This document shows positions 1 through 15,551 of a stretch of 64,000 nucleotides of DNA, in pieces (positions within the stretch are counted from its first letter, which is position 1; the number at the start of each line of letters is the position of its first letter). Origin of the DNA: Eledone cirrhosa. Lineage: Eukaryota. The stretch spans positions 1 through 64,000 of the forward strand of contig CAXHJY010000552.1 of NCBI GenBank assembly GCA_964016885.1, read 5' to 3'. Under the pieces are notes generated by a model that was not told the DNA's origin, searched no databases, and worked only from the letters and a program-made list of their open reading frames with translations. The translations under genes and the position numbers were made by a program.

Positions 1-12
1 TGTATATATATG

Positions 13-99
<87 letters not shown>

Positions 100-141
100 G
101 TATATATATGTATATATATATATAGTTATAATATATGTATG

Positions 142-172
<31 letters not shown>

Positions 173-846
173 GTATATATATGTATATATATGTATATAT
201 ATGTATATATATATATATGTATATATATGTATATATATATATATGTATATATATATATGTATATATATGTATATATATTTATATGTATATATATATGTAT
301 ATATATGTATATATATATATGTATATATATGTATATATATGTATATATATATATGTATATATATGTATATATATGTATATAGTATATATATGTATATATA
401 TGTATATATATGTATATGTATATATATGTATATATATGTATATATATATATGTATATATATGTATATATATGTATATGTATATATATGTATATATATGTA
501 TATATATATGTATATATATGTATATATATGTATATATATATGTATATATATGTATATATATATGTATATATATGTATATATGTATATGTATATATATATA
601 TGTATATATATGTATATATGTATATGTATATATATATATGTATATATATGTATATATATGTATATATATGTATATATATGTATATATATATATATATGTA
701 TATATATGTATATATATGTATATATATGTATATATATGTATATATATGTATATATATATATATATATGTGTATATATGTATATATATGTATATATGTATA
801 TATATATGTATATATATGTATATATATATATATATGTGTATATATG

Positions 847-877
<31 letters not shown>

Positions 878-992
878 GTATATATATATGTATATATGTA
901 TATATATATGTATATATATGTATATATATATATATATATGTGTATATATGAATATATATGTATATATATATATGTATATATATGTATATATG

Positions 993-1025
<33 letters not shown>

Positions 1026-1064
1026 GTATATATATGTATATATGTATATATATATATATGTATA

Positions 1065-1105
<41 letters not shown>

Positions 1106-1202
1106 GTATATGTGTATATATATGTATATATTCATATGTATATATATATATATGTATATATATGTATATATATATATGTATATATATATATGTATATATA
1201 TG

Positions 1203-1235
<33 letters not shown>

Positions 1236-2020
1236 GTATATATATGTATATATATATATATATATATGTATTATATGTATATATATATATGTATATATAT
1301 ATGTATATATGTATGTGTATATATATATGTATATATATATATATGTATATATGTATGTGTATATATATATGTATATATATGTATATATATATATGTATAT
1401 ATATATGTATATATATGTATATATATATATGTATATATATATGTGTATATATATGTGTATATATATGTGTATATATATATATGTATATATATATGTATAT
1501 ATATGTGTATATATATATATGTATATATATATATATGTATATATATATGTATATATATGTATATGTATATATATGTATATATATATATGTATATATATAT
1601 ATGTATATATATATGTATATATATGTATATATGTATATATATATATGTATATATATATATATGTATATATATATATGTATATATATGTATATATATGTAT
1701 ATATGTATATGTATATATATTATATATATGTATATATATGTATATATGTATATATGTATATATATATATGTATATATATATGTATATATGTATATATGTA
1801 TATGTATATATATATGTATATATATGTATATATGTATATGTATATATGTATATATATATATGTATATATATATATGTATATATATATATGTATATATATA
1901 TATGTATATATGTATATGTATATATGTATATATGTATATGTATATATGTATATATATATATGTATATATATATATGTATATATGTATATATATATATGTA
2001 TATATGTATATATATATATG

Positions 2021-2065
<45 letters not shown>

Positions 2066-2632
2066 ATATGTATATGTATATATGTATATATATATGTATA
2101 TATATATATGTATATATATATATATGTATATGTATATATGTATATGTATATATGTATGTATATATATATGTATATATATATGTATATATATATGTATATA
2201 TGTATATATATGTATATGTATATATATGTGTATATATATATATATGTGTATATATATGTGTATATATATATGTGTATATATGTATATGTATATATATGTA
2301 TATGTATATATATGTATATGTATATATATGTATATGTATATATATATATATGTATATATATATGTATATGTATATGTATATATATATATGTATATATGTA
2401 TATGTATATATATATATGTATATATATGTATATATATGTATATATATGTATATATGTATATATGTATATATATGTATATATGTATATATATGTATATATG
2501 TATATATGTATATATATGTATATATGTATATATATGTATATATATGTATATATATATATATGTATATATGTGTATATATGTATATATGTATATATATATA
2601 TGTATATATGTATATATATATATGTATATATG

Positions 2633-2663
<31 letters not shown>

Positions 2664-2718
2664 GTATATATATGTATATATATATATATATGTATATATG
2701 TATATATATGTATATATG

Positions 2719-2749
<31 letters not shown>

Positions 2750-2815
2750 GTATATATATATATGTATATATATGTATATGTATATATATGTATATGTATA
2801 TATATGTATATATGT

Positions 2816-2863
<48 letters not shown>

Positions 2864-2914
2864 GTATATATATGTATATATATATATATGTATATGTATA
2901 TATGTATATATATG

Positions 2915-2949
<35 letters not shown>

Positions 2950-2978
2950 GTATATGTATATATATGTATATATATATG

Positions 2979-3013
<35 letters not shown>

Positions 3014-3024
3014 GTATATATATG

Positions 3025-3059
<35 letters not shown>

Positions 3060-3070
3060 GTATATATATG

Positions 3071-3105
<35 letters not shown>

Positions 3106-3144
3106 GTATATATATGTATATATATATATATATGTATATATATG

Positions 3145-3177
<33 letters not shown>

Positions 3178-3196
3178 GTATATATGTATATATATG

Positions 3197-3247
<51 letters not shown>

Positions 3248-3499
3248 GTATATATATGTATATATATATGTATATATATGTATATATATATGTATATATA
3301 TGTATGTATATGTATATGTATATATATATGTATATATATGTATATATATGTATATATATGTATATATATGTATATATATGTATATATATGTATATATATG
3401 TATATATATGTATATATATGTATATATATGTATATATATATATATGTATATATGTATATATATATATATGTATATATATGTATATATGTATATGTATAT

Positions 3500-3567
<68 letters not shown>

Positions 3568-3990
3568 GTATATATATATATGTATATATATGTATATATA
3601 TGTATATATATGTATATATATGTATATATATGTATATATATGTATATATGTATATATATGTATATTATATATATGTATATATATGTATATATATGTATAT
3701 ATATGTATATATATGTATATATATGTATATATATGTATATATATATATATATGTGTATATATGTATATATATGTATATGTATATATGTATATATATGTGT
3801 ATATATGTATATATATATGTGTATATATGTATATATATGTATATATATATATATGTATATATATGTATATATGTATATATATATATATGTATATATATGT
3901 ATATATATATGTATATATGTATATATGTATATATATGTATATATATGTATATATATGTATATATGTATATATATATATGTATATATATTG

Positions 3991-4039
<49 letters not shown>

Positions 4040-4273
4040 GTATATATATGTATATATATATATGTATATATATGTATATTATATATGTATATATATATAT
4101 GTATATATATATATATGTATATATGTATGTGTATATATATATATGTATATATATATGTATATATATATATGTATATGTATATATGTATGTGTATATATGT
4201 ATATATATATGTATATATATATGTATATGTATATATGTATGTGTATATATATATATATGTATATATGTATGTG

Positions 4274-4304
<31 letters not shown>

Positions 4305-4657
4305 GTATATATGTATATATGTATATGTATATATATGTATATATATGTATATATATGTATATATATGTATATATATATATGTATATGTATATATATGTAT
4401 ATATGTATATGTATATATATATATGTATATGTATATATATATATGTATATATATGTATATATATGTATATGTATATATATATATGTATATATATGTATAT
4501 GTATATATATGTATATGTATATATATATATATGTGTATATGTATATATATATATATGTATATATGTATGTATATATATATGTATATGTATATATATGTAT
4601 GTATATATATGTATATATATATATATGTATATATGTATGTATATATATACGTATATG

Positions 4658-4699
<42 letters not shown>

Positions 4700-4751
4700 T
4701 ATGTATATGTATATGTATATATATGTATATATATATGTATATATATGTATA

Positions 4752-4788
<37 letters not shown>

Positions 4789-4827
4789 GTATATGTATAT
4801 ATATGTATATATATATGTATATATATG

Positions 4828-4900
<73 letters not shown>

Positions 4901-4913
4901 GTATATATATATG

Positions 4914-4944
<31 letters not shown>

Positions 4945-5017
4945 GTATATATATATGTATATATATATGTATATATATATGTATATATATATGTATATAT
5001 ATATGTATATATATATG

Positions 5018-5050
<33 letters not shown>

Positions 5051-5071
5051 GTATATATATATATATATATG

Positions 5072-5154
<83 letters not shown>

Positions 5155-6953
5155 GTATATATATATATATATGTATATATATATGTATATATATATATAT
5201 ATGTATATATATATGTATATGTATGTATATATGTATGTATATATATATATGTATATATATATGTATGTATATATGTATGTATATATATATGTGTATATAT
5301 GTATATATGTGTATATATGTATATATGTATATATGTGTATATATGTATATATGTGTATATATGTATATATGTGTATATATGTATATATGTGTATATATGT
5401 ATATATATATATATATGTGTATATATGTATATATATATGTGTATATATGTATATATATATATATGTGTATATATGTATATATATATATATGTGTATATAT
5501 GTATATATATATATATGTGTATATATGTATATATATATATGTGTATATATGTATATATATATATGTGTATATATGTATATATATATATGTGTATATATGT
5601 ATATATATATATATGTGTATATATGTATATATATATATATGTGTATATATGTATATATATATATGTGTATATATATGTATATATATATATGTGTATATAT
5701 GTATATATATATATATGTGTATATATGTATATATATATATGTGTATATATATGTATATATATATATATATGTGTATATATGTATATATATATATATGTGT
5801 ATATATATGTATATATATATATATATGTGTATATATGTATATATATATATATGTGTATATATATGTATATATATATATATATGTGTATATATGTATATAT
5901 ATATATATGTGTATATATATGTATATATATATATATATGTGTATATATGTATATATATATATATATGTGTATATATGTATATATATATATATATGTGTAT
6001 ATATATGTATATATATATATATGTGTATATATATGTATATATATATGTGTATATATATGTATATATATATGTGTATATATATGTATATATATATATATGT
6101 GTATATATGTATATATATATATATGTGTATATATGTATATATATATATATGTGTATATATGTATATATATATATATGTGTGTATATATGTGTATATATAT
6201 ATATATGTGTGTATATATGTGTATATATATATATATGTGTGTATATATGTGTATATGTGTGTATATATGTGTATATATGTATATGTGTATATATGTATAT
6301 GTGTATATATATATATGTGTATATATATATATATGTATATGTATATGTATATATATATATGTATATGTATATATATATGTATATGTATATGTATATATAT
6401 ATGTATATATATATGTATATATGTATATATGTATATGTATATATATATGTATATATATATGTATATATGTATATATATATGTATATATATATGTGTATGT
6501 ATATATGTGTATATATATATATATATGTATATGTATATATGTATATATATATGTATATATGTATATATATATGTATATGTATATATGTATATATATATGT
6601 ATATGTATATATGTATATATATATGTATATGTATATATGTATGTATATATGTATATATGTATGTATATATGTATATGTATATATGTATGTATATATGTAT
6701 ATATGTATATGTATATATGTATATGTATATGTATATATGTATATGTATATATGTATGTATATATGTATGTATATATGTATGTATATATGTATATATGTAT
6801 GTATATATGTATGTATATATGTATGTATATATGTATATATGTATGTATATATGTATGTATATATGTATATATATATATGTATACATATATATATATATAT
6901 ATATGGTGCTCGAACATATATGTATATATATATGTATACATATATATATATAT
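1..6953. repeat. Giant compound (TA)n/TG microsatellite, running off the left window edge
   Basis: Nearly uninterrupted alternating purine-pyrimidine TA runs punctuated by TG, with almost no C on the + strand. It explains all Y/I/M/V/C/H/T-only ORFs here. Confidence 0.99.
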
Positions 6954-9398
6954 GGTGCTCGAACCAACGAGGTGCCACAAAAACGTCCTAGACTTAATTT
7001 TCAGCAATCACACTGACAATATCCACAATATTGCAGTGGAGAAAACTCTACTCTCTGATCATGACATGGTTCTCTGTGATCTGAGATTCCACCGTCCAAT
7101 ATACAAACCCAATGTCATCTCTCCTGTCCATCCGTTTGACGCTGGGAAGCGATCAGTCATGATCTTGCACATGTCGACTGGTCCTTCATGCACACTCATA
7201 CACCCACTAACATCAAAAAGTCCTTTCAGACATTTGTGGACACTGTTACAAACATATGTGCTAAATACACCCCATTAAGAACTATAAACATATCTAAGAG
7301 CAGAATCCCTAGAAATAGAAAAACGCTCATCAGAAAAATTAAGAGAACGAACAAAAAAATCAACAAGCTGAAATACTGTCAGCAGCAACACATCAACTTG
7401 ACTGCCATTTCATCACTCGAGATTAATAAACATAACCTCCAAAACAACATAATGTCCCTCATCAACAATCAGAGAAGAGCTGAAGAGGCCTGGGCCATTG
7501 AGAAGATCAAACTCAATCCCAAAGTGTTCTTTTCATTTGCAAAAAAACACAAAATCACTGGCTCTACTGTTGGCCCTCTAATTGATGAAAATGGCACTCT
7601 TCAAGACAATGCTAAAACCATGGGTGAGATACTGCAGAAACAATACTGCTCTGTTTTCAGCAATCCTGATATGGCCGATCTGGGCTGTATCGGCGATGTT
7701 ACTCCCCATTACACCTTATCGGACATAACGTTTGGCACTCCTGATGTCTTAGCGGCAATAAAGGAAATCAAGCATAATTCAGCAGTAGGTCCCGATAGGT
7801 TCCCTGCTTGTGTCTTGAAGGCGTGTCAACACCAACTTGCATCTCCTCTTGCCAATCTGTGGCGGAACTCACTGGATGCTGGATATGTGCCAGAAAACCT
7901 TCTATCCCAGTCTGTTGTCCCAGTTTTCAAAAAGGGAAACAAATCCCTTGCCGTGAATTACCGTCCAATCTCACTCACCTCTCATATCATTAAGGTATTT
8001 GAGAGAGTGGTGAGATCGCGAATGACCCACTTCCTTGAGAGTAACAATATGCTGAACTCCAACCAGCATGGATTCCGTAATGGAAGGGATTGCCTGACGC
8101 AGCTACTGCATCACTTTGATGACATTTTGAGAGCCTTGGGAGAGGGTTCCAACACTGATGTTATCTACCTTGATTTCAGCAAGGCCTTTGACAGGGTTGA
8201 TCATAACATTCTACTGAGAAAGCTGTCCAATATTGGTGTCACTGGAAAGCTGCTGCAGTGGATCAAGAGCTTCCTGTCAAACAGAACCCAACATGTTGTA
8301 GTTGAAGGAGTCAAATCCAGCCCAGCCAAAGTCAGTAGTGGGGTCCCACAAGGCACTGTGTTGGGCCCACTTCTCTTCATCATCTATATTAATGACATCA
8401 CTGACATCATCAAACACAGCAACATTAAAATTTTCGCTGATGATTCCAAGCTCCAAAAGGTCATCAATGGCGTGGATGACCGGATAAGCCTTCAGTCAGA
8501 TCTACTGGCTGTTACCCAATGGGCGGAAAAGAACATGTTACTGAACGAAGACAAATTCGAACTGATCCACTTTGGAAAAGAGGATGATCTGAAACTCCCG
8601 TACTCCCTTCCCTCCGGGGAAACTCTCGTGGCATCTAACAACATCAGAGACTTGGGAGTAACCGTGGACAGCAACATAAGCTGGGCCACGCATATAAGCA
8701 GCAAAGTTGACATGGCCCGCAGAATGTGTTCCTGGATCCTCAGAACCTTCCAGTCGAGAGATTCCCACACCATTATCCTTCTCTTCTCTACTTTTGCCCG
8801 ACCACATCTTGAATACTGTTGTCCACTGTGGTCTCCCCACACGAAACAAAGTATCATGAAACTTGAAGCTCCTCAAAGGGCAATCACGAAAAAGATAGAT
8901 GGCATGTCAGACCTTGACTACTGGGGTCGACTAGAAAACCTGAAACTTTACTCACTCCAACGTCGCCGTGAGCGTTATATTATCTGCATGATGTGGAAAA
9001 TGTTCCATCATCACTGCCCAAATGATGTTGGCATCGCCTTCAAGATACACCCAAGGCTTGGGCCCCGTGCTATCCGTCCCATACAAAAATCTAAATCGCA
9101 ACTCATAACAACAATACGGCACAATTATTTCACCTCAATCGGCCCTGCTCTCTTCAACATCACACCAGGAAACGTCAAAACAGAAACTGACCACACAAAA
9201 TTCAAGAAGTCTTTGGACAAATTCCTCCAAGTAATCCCGGACAAACCACCCACACCCGGATATGTCTCCGCAAACAGTAATTCTCTTCTCGAATGGGCCA
9301 TGGTGCCCAAATCCTGAATTGAAAGACTTCGCCAGGTCGTGCTATTAAGTTAGACATGGCCTGGGCCAATACTGGCCAAAACATTTCAAAGTTAAGTT
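6954..9398 (+). mobile_element. 5'-truncated CR1-like non-LTR retrotransposon (end of APE endonuclease, RT, short 3' UTR)
   Basis: Begins with the endonuclease tail [21 protein letters not shown]. After a frameshift near 7141 (..PFD / [16 protein letters not shown]..) the RT ORF follows. The element ends at AAAGTTAAGTTA and is flanked on both sides by TA microsatellite. Confidence 0.93.
7188..9317 (+). CDS. LINE ORF2 remnant: reverse transcriptase domain and CR1-type C-terminus (709 aa, N-terminally truncated)
   Basis: Motifs [40 protein letters not shown], catalytic [33 protein letters not shown]. Confidence 0.92.
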   Translation: MHTHTPTNIKKSFQTFVDTVTNICAKYTPLRTINISKSRIPRNRKTLIRKIKRTNKKINKLKYCQQQHINLTAISSLEINKHNLQNNIMSLINNQRRAEEAWAIEKIKLNPKVFFSFAKKHKITGSTVGPLIDENGTLQDNAKTMGEILQKQYCSVFSNPDMADLGCIGDVTPHYTLSDITFGTPDVLAAIKEIKHNSAVGPDRFPACVLKACQHQLASPLANLWRNSLDAGYVPENLLSQSVVPVFKKGNKSLAVNYRPISLTSHIIKVFERVVRSRMTHFLESNNMLNSNQHGFRNGRDCLTQLLHHFDDILRALGEGSNTDVIYLDFSKAFDRVDHNILLRKLSNIGVTGKLLQWIKSFLSNRTQHVVVEGVKSSPAKVSSGVPQGTVLGPLLFIIYINDITDIIKHSNIKIFADDSKLQKVINGVDDRISLQSDLLAVTQWAEKNMLLNEDKFELIHFGKEDDLKLPYSLPSGETLVASNNIRDLGVTVDSNISWATHISSKVDMARRMCSWILRTFQSRDSHTIILLFSTFARPHLEYCCPLWSPHTKQSIMKLEAPQRAITKKIDGMSDLDYWGRLENLKLYSLQRRRERYIICMMWKMFHHHCPNDVGIAFKIHPRLGPRAIRPIQKSKSQLITTIRHNYFTSIGPALFNITPGNVKTETDHTKFKKSLDKFLQVIPDKPPTPGYVSANSNSLLEWAMVPKS

Positions 9399-10296
<898 letters not shown>

Positions 10297-10297
10297 C

Positions 10298-10690
10298 GAC
10301 ACCTGGAATATAGCTTAAGAGAAATTTGAAGATAATGATATGATAGGCGCCCAATATTTTGAATTGGTTTATAGAATTCTCTTGGCCTTTCTCACTGTAA
10401 GTAGAACTTTAAAGAATTAGCTTTTAAAGAATTTCCGTTTTCTTTAAATCCACCAACCATGACCCACCCCCAACGATTTTATAGACACCTGAAATATAAG
10501 CATTGTTAGCTTAAGAGAAACTTAAAAATAAGGAGTGGCATCCCATTCTGAACTTGTTTACAGAATTCTTTCTGCCTTTGTCACTCTAAATATAAATTAT
10601 AGCTTTAAAGAATTAGCTTTTAATGAATTCCCTTTCTATCAACCAATGACCTCTACCAATTCCACTCCCCACCCTCTCTTACCACCTGAA
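10298..10690. repeat. Diverged tandem duplication, period about 186 bp
   Basis: GACACCTG..AATAT..AGCTTAAGAGAAA..AGAATTCT..CTTTAAAGAATTAGCTTTTAA begins at 10298 and again at 10484. A partial third start lies near 10682. Confidence 0.8.
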
Positions 10691-10856
10691 AAGAGCTATA
10701 AATACAACATTTATTTTTGGAAAGCCAGCTTCCTGATGATTTCTAAAGAATGAAACAGTTCTAGTCCTGTAGAATCTCATCTATATTAAAACTTTTATAC
10801 TCTGCTATGTATTGAGTACCTTACTGTGGTTACCTCCGATTCAACCCGGAATAACG

Positions 10857-10896
<40 letters not shown>

Positions 10897-10899
<3 letters not shown>

Positions 10900-10996
10900 G
10901 GTGTCCCCACCCAAAATGTATACACACTGATTACCTGTACAGGAAATATCTATTAGAATTGTGTTGAAGCATGTATACATATTTTGGAACACCCTG
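10897..10996. mobile_element. 100-bp Tc1/mariner-type MITE
   Basis: Imperfect terminal inverted repeats CAGGGTGTCCCCACCCAAAATGTATACA and TGTATACATATTTTGGAACACCCTG. The left flank is TA at the end of a (TA)n run and the right flank is CA. Confidence 0.75.
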
Positions 10997-11272
10997 CACA
11001 CGACCACATGCACTATATTTCATAATTGTTTCTACTTTTGGCACAAGGCCAGCACTATATTTCATAATGTTTCAAGCTTAGATAGAACCTATTCATCAAA
11101 TGGATAAAAATCAGAGCCTCTTGTTTTTACAGACTATTCTTTGTTGCGTGATTCGCCACAGGTGGAGAAGTGGCATGTCACAATAGCCAGTCAGCTCCAT
11201 GTAATTCAGATCTGTTATACATTTATATCTGTTGAGATGGGCCTCTTTGATATATATATATATATATATATA

Positions 11273-11660
11273 CACGTGGTTTTGTCTTTGCGTGCAATTG
11301 TTCTCTCCACTCCACATATGACGTATTATCTTCATTTTTTCCGTTCATTGCCAGAGAACGTCTCTATGAACCACCTAATAGAATATTAGTCTACGACTTC
11401 TTTTATACCATAAACGTGGTTCTGTCTTTACGTGTAATTGTTTTTCACCGCTCCTATTAATGATGTATTATATTCGTTTTTTCCCGTTCTTTACCAGGGA
11501 ACGTTTCCACGAACCAAAGTATTGTCTTCCTGTCTTTCTCCGCTTGCAACGTTTTTTGAAATATTCACTTCTGCGTTCACAGATTGACTTTGTTAGTTTC
11601 AGAAGATCCCGTTAAGGGTGAAATCAGCAATTCTTTGCTTAAACTTTAATCTGTTATTTT
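11273..11660 (+). repeat. Diverged ~140-bp tandem duplication followed by a hammerhead-like motif; possible Penelope pseudo-LTR remnant
   Basis: ACGTGGTT.TGTCTTT.CGTG.AATTGTT..GAACGT.TC.A.GAACCA occurs at about 11274 and 11414. CAGAAGATCCCGTTAAGGGTGAAAT lies at 11600-11624. Confidence 0.5.
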
Positions 11661-11794
11661 AATAAATATATACATATATATATAATATTGAAATTATAGA
11701 GATGTTAGGGCAAAAACGAACGAGTGTGGATAGGAGGATCAGCTAGACGCCTTGTTGGTAAAGAACGACGCAATAAATTTTTCTGTGATTACAT

Positions 11795-12875
11795 ACTATA
11801 TGGAGTAGGTATTCTGTTAGTAGAAAAATAGGTAGATAATGTAATCACAGTAAACAGTAAATGACAGAATCGTTAAACTCAGGATGGTTGTAGGTAGAAC
11901 AACTGTAGCTATTATATCTGCATATACACCACAATTGAGACTAACAGATGAACTAAAAGATGACTTTTATGCAGACTATTTCTCTGGTGGGTGACAAGGG
12001 ACTCTTATTCAAAGCAAGAGACTTTAACAGGCATGTTGGGTTATAGGTTTAGTGCTAGAAATGAGAAAGGATCTAATGTCCTTGAATTCTGTGACACTAA
12101 TGAACTAACTTTAAAAAAACCAGACAACTACTTGAACAGCTATAGTTCAGGAGAGCACACTAGTCCAAAAGATTCATCATCAACAGGTGATGAGATAGAG
12201 CGATGGTTGTAAACACAAAATCCCTCCCTGGTGAGGAATGCACCTCTCAACATAAACTAGTAGTCAGTACTTTGTCAATTAGGATTAGACGAACTTGGGG
12301 ACAGAAAGCAACCTGGAGGAGGATATGAAAGTTGAAGGAGCCCTCAGCCAGTAACAACTTTAGAAATATCTTGTTTGATGCTTTTGACATAGCAACATAT
12401 AAAGGAGCAGTGGGAGTTCCTTTGAGACAATCTACTGAAGGCCACAAACAAGATATGTGGCTGGAGCAGTATAGTAACTTGCTGGTTGAATAGTAGGGTG
12501 GATGAAACAATTAAGACTGAGACCAACATGGAAAGAATAGCAAAATGGGGGAAGCTGAGATCATTACCAAGAAGCTAGGAGAGAGGCTTGGCAACAACTA
12601 TACTTTGCAAGATGGGAAGCAGAAAATAAAAAGTTAATACATGTTTTGTGACACGAGGATCAAAGACATAAGGTGCTCAGGATTGCAAGGCAGTGTGTCG
12701 GGGAAAATAATGATGTTGTTGGAGAAAAGTGTGTCCAAGATGACAATGGTGCATTTGTACTCACTCTCATTGAAAAGAAGGCAAGATGAAAATGTCACAA
12801 TGAGAAACTGATGAATGAGGGTAATGCATGGGAGAAAGACATGAAGACAGGTAAAGCAGCTGGATCATCAAAGTG
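11795..12875 (+). mobile_element. Degenerate RTE-clade LINE fragment (endonuclease and linker), with many stops and frameshifts
   Basis: Broken peptides GVGILLVEK, IISAYTPQ, DFNRHVG, RNEKGSNVLEFCDTNEL, KSLPGEECTSQHKLVV and MKTGKAAGSS. Confidence 0.8.
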
Positions 12876-12986
12876 TAAATGAACTGATATATTTCACTGT
12901 GATATCCATTAAATACTTTCATATTGTTTACCTTTTATCATTGCTTCTCCTTTTTGTTTGTTTCTCCCGTTGTTCTTCCTTGGCAG

Positions 12987-13097
12987 CAGTAAGAATGAAC
13001 GTGTTGATGATAATACTGTTGTACGAGCTCGAGGTTTACCATGGCAGTCGTCTGATCAAGACATTGCTAGGTTTTTTAAAGGACTCAATATAATGAG
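12987..13097 (+). CDS. ESRP: ESRP1/2 / fusilli-like splicing regulator, internal exon (start of RRM1)
   Basis: Polypyrimidine tract and CAG acceptor. Translates [36 protein letters not shown](R), matching ESRP/fusilli RRM1. Donor AG|GTAAGA, phase 2. Missed by the ORF track. Confidence 0.95.
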
Positions 13098-13220
13098 GTA
13101 AGAAGAGCTACATTTCTTGTTTTAATTGGTGGCTTTACATAAGGCTTTACATAATTTCAGAGGTTTAATTCCTGGCAGTGTATTGTGTCTATAATACATC
13201 ACTTATTTTGTTTTATTTAA

Positions 13221-13425
13221 GGGTAGCACATTGGCAGAATTGTAGAACATAAGAAATACTTTGTCTTTTAACTCTTTAAGTTCTGAGTTGAAATCTCACC
13301 AAGGTTACCTTCCATCCTACCAGGGTTGATAAAGTGCTAGTCATGTATTGTCGATAAAGTAATCGACTTACCTCTTCTCCCTCTTCCCCACAAATTGTTG
13401 GCTTTGTGCCTAAATTAGAAATCCT
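13221..13425 (+). mobile_element. Degenerate SINE-like dispersed repeat
   Basis: TTGGCAGAATTGTAGA..GTTCTGAGTTGAAATC..GGTTGATAAA..AAATTAGAAA. Related to the - strand copy at about 55925-56052 and a weak copy near 53105. Confidence 0.6.
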
Positions 13426-13639
13426 TATTTTATTGTTTGTTGATTTTAATTTTCCCCAAATAGGTTTTATTTTCTAAAGCACTTTAAAGATTTATTAATG
13501 GGGGTGGGGAATATTTATTAACCTAGGTTTATATAATTATGATTTACAAAAGAAACAAATCAAAATATTAGTCGAGTATCATTTTTTCTGATTAACTACA
13601 ACAGAAAATTTTGGCAAGCACTGTAACAGAGTACACTCT

Positions 13640-13912
13640 ATAAAGTGGTTGGTGATAGGAAGGGCATCTAGCTGCAGAAATCTTGCTAAACAGAGAGCCA
13701 AGAGGACTCATCAGTTGTGTCGAAGACATGATAACCTCCCTATGCAGAGCCATGATCAAATGCACTCTGTAGAAAGTACAAACATATGTAACCAAGATGC
13801 TCCCAGCCCATCTGAGAGGTCAATAGTGGCTCTGATTATGTACTTAGTCAGTAGTGAATCATCCATCCCTTGCTAGCAGAGAAAATGAGTATTAAATAAT
13901 AATAATGATGAT
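13640..13912 (+). repeat. Dispersed retroposon 3' part ending in (ATG/ATA)n, copy 1
   Basis: GGTGATAGGAAGGGCATCTAGC..CCAGCCCATCTGAG..CTTGCTAGCAG..ATTAAATAATAATAATGATGATG is similar to 17840-18090. Confidence 0.65.
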
Positions 13913-14298
13913 GTTTCAAAAATGTACCATGTATCCTAAAGGATAACAGTTAAAATCGTGCTGTGGTCCACACTGTATCCTTCTAGAGTTAATAAAATAA
14001 TATAATATACCAGGGTCAGTAGAATCAATTGTTTCTGCCCCCAACTATGTTCCCTTGTATTAGGAATTGTCATTTTTGTGGGAGATCACATTGACCTTTG
14101 GTAATCATAGTAATCTTAGATCTGTGGAGTGCTTTGATTGGCCTTGGTGTTTCTTGTTTTACCTGTAGGGGAGAGTTTCTTTGATATAGTATTGTATCTG
14201 TTGTTGTTTTAAGTCACCAAAACAACCAGTAATTCGTATTCCACATTTGTACTGTCTCCAACTTTTGAGTCCAATAAAGATTTTTTTTCCTTACATAG

Positions 14299-14474
14299 AG
14301 GTGGTGTGGCACTATGTCTTAGTCAACAAGGTCGGCGGAATGGAGAAGCTTTGATCTGGTTTGAAAGTGAAGAACATCGTGATCTTGCTATGAAGAGACA
14401 CAAACATCATATTGGCCAACGCTATATCGAAGTATATAAATCTTCTGGCAAGGATTTTATCAATGTGGCTGGAG
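14299..14474 (+). CDS. ESRP: ESRP1/2 / fusilli-like internal exon (rest of RRM1)
   Basis: TTTTTTTTCCTTACATAG acceptor. Translates [58 protein letters not shown]. Donor G|GTAAGA. Phase is compatible with both neighbouring exons. Confidence 0.96.
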
Positions 14475-15206
14475 GTAAGATGATTATGTGCTCTGTTTTC
14501 TCTCTCTCTCTCTCCCCTTGGTTGTATTTATATGGCAAGCAACTTGATCAGGGTCAGTATTGAAACTGAAGCAGATGCATCATGGAAGATTCCTTGAGCC
14601 ACAATTATACTTGTCCTGTGACTTGATCTGAGACTGTATGTTGAAACTGAAGCAATTAGTGTAGAAGAGTCATTGCAGCCATTAAAAAAGTACAACTGTT
14701 ATATTCACATTTCATTTATTTTGTAAGATGTTCATGGCACCACTGCATTGCAGTAGAATTGTATCAGTGACCAATTTGCAGAAGTACGATGAATATTTTG
14801 ACACCACTGAAAATAAATGTAAAGTGAATATAAAAATGTATGCTAATGTGGAAGATGGATGTTAAACAATGATGATGATCATGTGTGTTTAATGGGTAAA
14901 AATGATTATTCCGCAATGTAATTGCTTTCTCCTGATCTGATGATACCAACATAAGTTATGAGTCAACAAGGATCAGGATAAAATCTGGAATCCAAGGAAA
15001 TTGGTGAAACTGTTTACAATAATTAGTTATCTTGGACATGTCATTTACCATAATCTCAGATTGACCCAAACCTCAGTTAAATTGAATAGACAGAAACTGT
15101 GTGGAAGCCCATCAGATCGATTATACCTTTGATTCAGTGGTCAAGCCTTATCATATATTATCATGTTGATTACATTATGGGTGCACATATGTGAAATACT
15201 CAACCA

Positions 15207-15551
15207 GTAAAGTAAAGACGCTCTTCGGTCACAAATGACCATGGGATTTTGCACCTAGAAAGTTCCCTGCCGAGGTACAAGTCCGGGAAAGGTTGTTTGT
15301 GGAAGACAAGCAGTCACCCAACCATACCAGTCTCCCCTCTCCACACCACCGATGTTGTCCAAGGGAAAGACAAAGGCCAATACAGCTTGGCACCAGTGAC
15401 GTCGCAACTTGTTTCTGTAGCTAAGTGAACTGAAGCAACATGTAATAAAGTGTCTTACTCAAGGACACAATGCAAAGCCCAGTCCGAGATCAAACTTACA
15501 ACCTCACGATTGTAAGCCCCATACTCTAACCACTAAGCCGTGCACCTTTAC
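15207..15551 (-). mobile_element. Full-length tRNA-derived SINE with a 12-bp target-site duplication
   Basis: The - strand shows box A GGCTTAGTGG, a degenerate box B, the TGTGTCCTTGAGTAAGACACTT core and a (TTTAC)n tail. TSD AATACTCAACCA at 15195-15206 and 15552-15563. Confidence 0.88.

Noticed and set aside
10-7016. ORFs of up to ~2,300 aa made of Y/I/M/V/C/H/T
   Set aside because: Alternating TA/TG repeats cannot encode stops in any frame, so these are artefacts. The same applies to 9356-10354.
12899-13093. 64-aa hydrophobic ORF
   Set aside because: It overlaps the ESRP exon in the wrong frame plus its polypyrimidine tract.
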